A stretch of 52,838 bases of DNA, taken from assembly GCA_027623675.1 (NCBI GenBank), contig JAQBVF010000025.1:1-52838 (forward strand). The letters are read 5' to 3'. The position numbers and the translations under genes were made by a program. Below the pieces are notes generated by a model. The model saw nothing but the letters and a program-made list of their open reading frames with translations. It searched no databases and was not told where the DNA came from. The DNA is from Chloroflexota bacterium (lineage in GTDB: Bacteria > Chloroflexota > Dehalococcoidia > Lucifugimonadales > UBA3495). Each line of letters opens with the position of its first letter. The first letter of the stretch is position 1. Of the stretch, positions 47,617-52,838 are shown in pieces.

Positions 47617-48342
47617 CTAGTTCCCTTGTGGTTCCTGTTCTCTTCCTTCCATTCCCCGTTGCCTGGGTGCCCTCCATTCCCGATGTTCTTGGGAGGTGCC
47701 CAAAGCCTCAATGGATTGATCTAAGTCATCAATGTTCCCAGTGACCTCAGCCACTCCGTAGGCTGCGGCTCTTTCTTGCTCTAGAGGCCGGAGTGGAGGA
47801 ACGATTCCATTTTCAACGGCCCAGTTAAAGCGTTGCCCCCCAGTTGGGTTGGATCTCGCCCCCATCTCCCAACCTCGATATGCGAGCCAGCCTTCAAGGT
47901 CGGTCATGTCTTGTGGCTCTCCCAGTACATGGTGTGCTAGCTCTCGGGCCACGAAACGTTGGGAAATTTCAAACAATGCGACTGGTTCTAGGTGTTCGTT
48001 GGTGTTGTGGACTCGCCACCACCACCGGACTTGGCGCACAGTCGGTTGGATATTTTCAGAAATTTGCGACTCTTTGAATCGTCTCCACAGTTCGAGAAGA
48101 TATTCCCCGGCCTCCCAGGGAATCGCATACTCATCCATTCGGTGCCATTCAAAAGGTACATCAAGGGTGTTGGTTTTCAGCTTGAAGTTTCTGACCCAAG
48201 TAGCGATTGTTCGGGAGCTTACCGAGTTGTCATCTCCGAATTCTTGTCTGAGTTTTTGCAGGATGGCTGTGGGTCCATACCCGTCCTGATGTAGTTGATA
48301 GGCACGGAGTTCTTGGGCCGGGTTTGCTTTTGGTCTGGGCAT
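47617..48342 (-). CDS. Putative repressor/regulator with N-terminal HTH
   Basis: GYGPTAILQKLRQEFG..SVSSRTIATWVRNFK HTH-like segment; divergent from the excisionase. Confidence 0.65.
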   Translation of the reverse strand: MPRPKANPAQELRAYQLHQDGYGPTAILQKLRQEFGDDNSVSSRTIATWVRNFKLKTNTLDVPFEWHRMDEYAIPWEAGEYLLELWRRFKESQISENIQPTVRQVRWWWRVHNTNEHLEPVALFEISQRFVARELAHHVLGEPQDMTDLEGWLAYRGWEMGARSNPTGGQRFNWAVENGIVPPLRPLEQERAAAYGVAEVTGNIDDLDQSIEALGTSQEHREWRAPRQRGMEGREQEPQGN

Positions 48343-48385
48343 CTTGACGGCTCCTTTGTTATTGCATAATACCTTCTGGATGTAG

Positions 48386-48419
48386 TGTGATTATATCACA
48401 TCGCCAGCTTGATTAATCA
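48386..48419. promoter_or_regulatory. Palindromic operator candidates between divergent genes
   Basis: tgtgat-tat-atcaca (48386-48400) and tgattaatca (48410-48419). Confidence 0.4.
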
Positions 48420-48479
48420 GCATGGCATGCACTAAAATGCTACTAGAACATACTGAATTTAGCCATATGGAGGTGTGCT

Positions 48480-48683
48480 GTGGAGCAAAAACGGGCGACC
48501 CTCACGATCCCGGAAGTCGCGGAACTGCTGGGGATATGCCGGGCATCGGCTTACCAGATCGCGAAAGAAGGCACACTACCCGGCGTTATTCGTTTGGGGC
48601 GGAGGATAGTGGTTAGCAGGAAGGCGATCGAGGAGTTTCTGGAGCGCAGAGGAACAGAGCCTGAGCGTATCCAAGGAGATTGA
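48480..48683 (+). CDS. Excisionase-like HTH_17 protein
   Basis: TLTIPEVAELLGICRASAYQIAKEGTLPGVIRLGRRIVVSR; ggagg RBS. Confidence 0.9.
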   Translation: MEQKRATLTIPEVAELLGICRASAYQIAKEGTLPGVIRLGRRIVVSRKAIEEFLERRGTEPERIQGD

Positions 48684-48770
48684 ACTTAAGAGGAAAAGAG
48701 GGGGAAAGGCCAGGTTGCTGCCTGGCCCAACTCAGAACCCAACACAAAGCTACTTAACCAGGAGTAACTC

Positions 48771-50720
48771 TTGCCTAATTATTATCCACCCCCGAGAGGC
48801 AACACAAGTCCATACATCTCGACCGGCATGCCAATCAAAAAGAAGAAGCAGGACCGCGCCCTTGACTGGTTCATGTCGGCGCATCCGGACGACTTCGAGG
48901 AAGGTGATTTCGATGAGGCCGATGAACAGGCTAGTCGCCAAAGATGGGAAACGGAAAAGTCTCCTCCAGCGATCGCCCCGCTCGACCGGGACTTGATTCT
49001 CACTCACCTTCCAGACGCTCCAGTATCCGCTGAGGCCCGCGTTCCGGAAGGCTGGGAGATGGAGCCTGGAACGATAAAAATGTATCCGGGGGTGGTGATA
49101 CCTGCGTCAATTGTAATCACCACCCGTTATTTCGATGCCGAAGATAGGACGGTGACCTGGGAGATTCATTGGAAAACCGAAGAAGCTTGGGACAGCATGA
49201 TAGTTAGCCGTGGCGTGGCTCTGAACACCCGCAAGCTGCCCGAACTTGCCGCCCGCGGCTTCCCTGTTACGTCTCAGCGGGCGCGCAGAATCAGTGAGTA
49301 CCTGGACGCATACGAACGCGCAAACCATGCCGCTATCCCAGCGTATTTTGTCACTCGCCGTTGCGGCTGGATTGGCACCGACCTGTTCTCGGCGGGAAGC
49401 CGAGTGATTACCCCTGACGTAGGGGGTAACGTCGAGGAATCAACCCCATGCCGATTCTCGGCCAACGGCCCGGAAGAAGAGGGCCTGATCCAGGCACTAC
49501 GCGCTGGCGGCACGCTCATAGGCTGGAAAGACGCCTTCGAGCTTATCCGCCCGCAACCCAAGGCCAAGTTTGCCGTATACGCTTCGTTGACCGCGCCGTT
49601 GCTCAAATTACTGGGTGTCCAAAACTTCGTTGTCGATTTTTGCGGCGAAACCTCCGTGGGTAAGACTGCCGCCCAGTATGGTGGAGCTTCAGTCTGGGGC
49701 TATCCGCCGGGGGACACCGGGGGATTAACGCTAAGTTGGAACACGACACAGGTGTATGCCGAGCGATATGCTGCGCTAATGTGTGATCTACCGATATTCA
49801 TGGAGGACTCCCAGACTGCTGATTCCCGTCACCTGAGTGCGATTGTCTACACCCTCGCCAACGGTGTAGGTAAAGGACGGGGCACCATCCCGGGGGTGAA
49901 GGGGGTTCTTCGCTGGAATACGGTAGTCCTGTCATCCGGGGAGAGGCCGCTGCAAGAGGTTGCGCAGTACGGTGGCATCACAGCGAGGGTCGTGACACTT
50001 TGGGGTTCCCCGTTCGGCTCAAATGATCAAGGGACATTGGTTCGCAGATTCAAGTCTGAGGTAGCCGAACATTTTGGACACGTCGGTCCGATGTTCATCC
50101 AGTTTCTCGTCGATAACCGGGGACGGTGGGATGAATTCCGAGCGCAATATCGACAATACGTCCAACAATTGGCTGAGATGTTTCCCAACAACGTCGGGGA
50201 CCGTTTCGCCAGTTACTTTGCCGCCATCATGTTGGGTGGGGAGCTAGCCGGACCCATCCTTGGCCTGGAGCCTGGTGAAGCAATGGAAGATGTCTTGGCC
50301 GTCATGGAAGAGCTAGTGGACCCCCAAGAAGACGCAGACCTGGCCACCAAAGCTTTGGACGATTTCGTCAGTTGGATCGTCGCCAACCAACCGCAGTTCC
50401 TCGGGAAGACGGACCCCAAGCGGAGCCCGTATACCATCCTGGGGCTCTGGAAGACGAACGAGTTCGTGGCTGTCTTCCCTCACACCGCCAGGTCTCAGTT
50501 ACGGCGGTTGGGTTACTCTCCTGAGCCTACGCTGCGCTCATGGAGGGAACGAGGGAGGCTATTGGTCAGCGAGCCGAATCGATTCACGTACAAAGTGCGA
50601 ATAGATGGAGGATCGACAAATATGATTGCCCTGACTTGGGACACGATTGGGTTGGACGAGTTGAACTCCGATGAGAACAGCACTTGGACGATGGACGCTT
50701 CCCCGTTTGGGCAAGATTAG
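48771..50720 (+). CDS. DUF927-domain replication protein (Cch-like helicase/ATPase)
   Basis: RRCGW, GTLIGW, Walker A GETSVGKT, SWNTT, LPIFMED, YTLANGVGKGRG, LSSGE, HFGHVG; start uncertain. Confidence 0.82.
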   Translation: MPNYYPPPRGNTSPYISTGMPIKKKKQDRALDWFMSAHPDDFEEGDFDEADEQASRQRWETEKSPPAIAPLDRDLILTHLPDAPVSAEARVPEGWEMEPGTIKMYPGVVIPASIVITTRYFDAEDRTVTWEIHWKTEEAWDSMIVSRGVALNTRKLPELAARGFPVTSQRARRISEYLDAYERANHAAIPAYFVTRRCGWIGTDLFSAGSRVITPDVGGNVEESTPCRFSANGPEEEGLIQALRAGGTLIGWKDAFELIRPQPKAKFAVYASLTAPLLKLLGVQNFVVDFCGETSVGKTAAQYGGASVWGYPPGDTGGLTLSWNTTQVYAERYAALMCDLPIFMEDSQTADSRHLSAIVYTLANGVGKGRGTIPGVKGVLRWNTVVLSSGERPLQEVAQYGGITARVVTLWGSPFGSNDQGTLVRRFKSEVAEHFGHVGPMFIQFLVDNRGRWDEFRAQYRQYVQQLAEMFPNNVGDRFASYFAAIMLGGELAGPILGLEPGEAMEDVLAVMEELVDPQEDADLATKALDDFVSWIVANQPQFLGKTDPKRSPYTILGLWKTNEFVAVFPHTARSQLRRLGYSPEPTLRSWRERGRLLVSEPNRFTYKVRIDGGSTNMIALTWDTIGLDELNSDENSTWTMDASPFGQD

Positions 50721-50738
50721 GGGGTTCTACAGTTAAGA

Positions 50739-50885
50739 TGTTCCCACTGTTCCCATTGTTCCCATAGAAGGGGAAATGTAACCCCCTCAACCCAAAGATT
50801 AGGCCGAAAGAACAAAGTATTTCTCCGAAGACTAGCAACGTCCAAAACAATCAGAAAACTGGGAACAGTGGGAACAATGGGAACG
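50739..50885. repeat. Inverted iteron clusters, putative replication origin
   Basis: 3x tgttccca (50739-50764) and 3x tgggaac(a/g) (50860-50885), 9-bp period, flanking an A-rich spacer. Confidence 0.75.
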
Positions 50886-51515
50886 AAACCAATTAGCCCG
50901 CCCTGGAGTATGTTCCAGTACGTCGGCCCTCCTGCAACCGCCTATTTTCCCCGCCATGGGGTCAGCATAAAGCAGTGAAGGGTACACAATATTGTGCCAA
51001 TGGTTCGGACAACCCATACATCGGAGTTCCTGGTGTCGCTTGATGGGTATCAGTTCGAGCGTCGAGGCAACGTTGTATCACCCCGACGACAGCGTGACCG
51101 TAATCACTCCCTGGAGCCCTTGCAGAACGCCATCGGCCCTGCCATCACCGGATACCGTGACTTCCCCACCCAGGCGATCAAAGAGGAAGGTCAAGGTTGT
51201 GACCCCCACTTCGCCTGAAACATCATAAATGTCCGACACAACGAAGTCAGATTCCAAAACCTAGATAATCACGATCGCGATGCTGATACCATTCGGCGCG
51301 CCGAACCGATGGTACGGTCTTGCAGGCTTACGCCCCTCACCCCGGTTCCTCAGACCCAATTCTGGGCGTGTTCCCAAAGATGGGAAACCCCCCGACCTTC
51401 CTGAACTACGGCAACCTGTTAAATAGGCCCGTGTGGCGCGCTGACGGCTCCAACGAGCATGATCTATCCCTGTCCAATCCACACGGCCACCACACCATCC
51501 TTGCAGCCGCCCCTG

Positions 51516-52123
51516 CTACCCGTCTTGAAAGGCCATCCGCCAGCGTACTTCTGGATCGTCAAAAGAGACTGCCAGGGGGTCGAACATTTCCGGGTCGAAG
51601 CTCCCGCCGACCCACTCCATCATGCTCTCGTGTTCGTCATGGTCCGGGTTCTGGATGGCGTCCAAGAACCGCTCGTACCCCCCCCAGGCCCACCACAGTC
51701 CTCAGGAGGGCAGGCCCGTTCGCCAGCTACGCACATGGGGTAAGTCGCCGCCGGGTCCGGATCCAGGACCTCCTTCAACGTGACCCGGTGTACCCAGCCA
51801 TCGCCGAAGTCATAGGCATAATGCGCTTCGGCGTTGTCCATGGTCAGGTAGTCCGAGATCCCCATCTCCCATCCTGGCCGGGTCGGTTGCTGGTCAATGG
51901 ATTCCCCGTCCGGAACGCTGATGCGGACGATATGGCGAGTAGCCGGGTCGATAATCTCGAACTCGTGGAGGTGGGAGTCCTCCCACCCCATGGCGTCCTG
52001 GATGGCGACGTGCAGATCCCAGAAGCTGTAGCCGCCGGGGACCTGGATGGCCCGCCAGATTGGAGGCTCCACCTCCCGCAACGACACCCCGAAATCGTAA
52101 ACCTTGCCGGTCTCAGTCACCAT
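51516..52123 (-). pseudogene. pRiA4b ORF-3-family protein, frameshifted at a G8 run
   Basis: PPIWRAIQVP, LHVAIQDAMGWEDSHLHEF, YDFGDGW, RACPPEDCGG; the continuation YERFLDAIQNPDHDEH...FDPEMFD is in another frame after 51678-51685. Confidence 0.85.
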
Positions 52124-52553
52124 CGAATCACAACCTCCGTCCGCGGATTCATGCGGCCTTCGGTACGGAGTATAAGGGGTGCGTTGACCGTGGCGTAAGC
52201 CCCATGGCCAAGTCGGCGCCAGGTCCCGGACTGGCGCCCCAGTGGTGTAAACCCGCTGGGCCTCATGCCGGCAGGTCCCGGTCGTGTCTCGATCCAGGTG
52301 AGTGGGTTTGGGGTATGCTGTCCCGGTGGACCACAACTCTATCCAAGACGGTGTCGCGGGCTTCTACACCGTGGATGAAAGGGACTCCGACTTCACCGGC
52401 CTCGAAGTCGAACTTGGCGACGTAGTAGCGCATGATACGGAGTCAGAGTATGGAATAATAGGGCTGGCTAGGCTACCCTGCGTTCCAATCCGTGATAAAC
52501 AGCCCCGTAGGTGAACCAGGCAAAAAAACTTACTTGGACTACTGGCAATCATT

Positions 52554-52838
52554 ATGGAAGAACTACTAATGAAAATCCTCCGCATATATGCGTCTATTGA
52601 TGCGAGCCAAGAATTTGATATGGCGAAACTCCCGGCAAGGGTAGTTCAGGACGAGGGGAGAGTCGTCGTTTTTCAAGACTTCACCGGAGGACTCAGCGCA
52701 GCGGAAATCCAGAACGTCGCTCACAACCTTGTCGACAACATAGCCAAACTGTACGACCATCTACGCCAATGGGCACGTCAGAACGGGAAAGACGCCAACA
52801 AGGTCACCGATGCCGTGAAGGCTTCGCATTCACTCCAG
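52554..52838 (+). CDS. Hypothetical cargo protein, 5' part only (runs off the window)
   Basis: Open frame MEELLMKILRIYASID...NIAKLYDHLRQWARQNG...SHSLQ with no stop before the window end. Confidence 0.6.
   Translation, partial: MEELLMKILRIYASIDASQEFDMAKLPARVVQDEGRVVVFQDFTGGLSAAEIQNVAHNLVDNIAKLYDHLRQWARQNGKDANKVTDAVKASHSLQ

Larger units (their letters stand above)
46218..52838. mobile_element. Integrative element, phage-satellite-like, inserted at tRNA-Leu(CAA); continues beyond the window
   Basis: att fragment, intact integrase, divergent regulator/excisionase pair, DUF927 protein, iterons, cargo genes. Confidence 0.75.

Noticed and set aside
50992..51482. Short overlapping ORFs after the iterons
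   Set aside because: No consistent frame or family signature; possibly decayed cargo.
1..52838. CRISPR array or cas genes
   Set aside because: No regularly spaced 25-40 bp repeats with unique spacers and no Cas-like ORFs were seen; the short repeats are tandem duplications, arm sites or iterons.

Overview
GC-rich bacterial chromosome segment. The gene set (three luciferase-like monooxygenases, paired acyl-CoA dehydrogenases, paired CaiB/BaiF CoA-transferases, HpcH and RraA-like aldolases, small CxxC proteins) suggests Chloroflexota, probably Dehalococcoidia/SAR202-like; this is inference only. Left to right: an IS3 end; LLM and ALDH genes; an operon mixing iron-uptake lipoproteins (FEA1-like, FutA-like) with glycosylation genes; a stress/osmolyte block (glucose dehydrogenase, GH15, glycine-betaine methyltransferases, USP, aquaporin); a probable UGA-recoded glutaredoxin-like selenoprotein; a catabolic cluster; and two mobile regions. 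The most striking feature is a 2.7-kb DDE insertion element (36813-39514, 18-bp TIRs, 9-bp target duplication). Besides a frameshifted transposase it carries a Zn-ribbon microprotein, a coiled-coil/winged-helix-like protein, a membrane-anchored protein and a complete tRNA gene with a tRNA-Leu body but an ATC (Asp-reading) anticodon. The right end holds two tyrosine-integrase elements flanking a tRNA-Leu(CAA) att fragment; the intact one resembles a phage satellite (int, regulator, xis, DUF927 helicase, iterons). All calls come from reading motifs by eye; no database searches were run.
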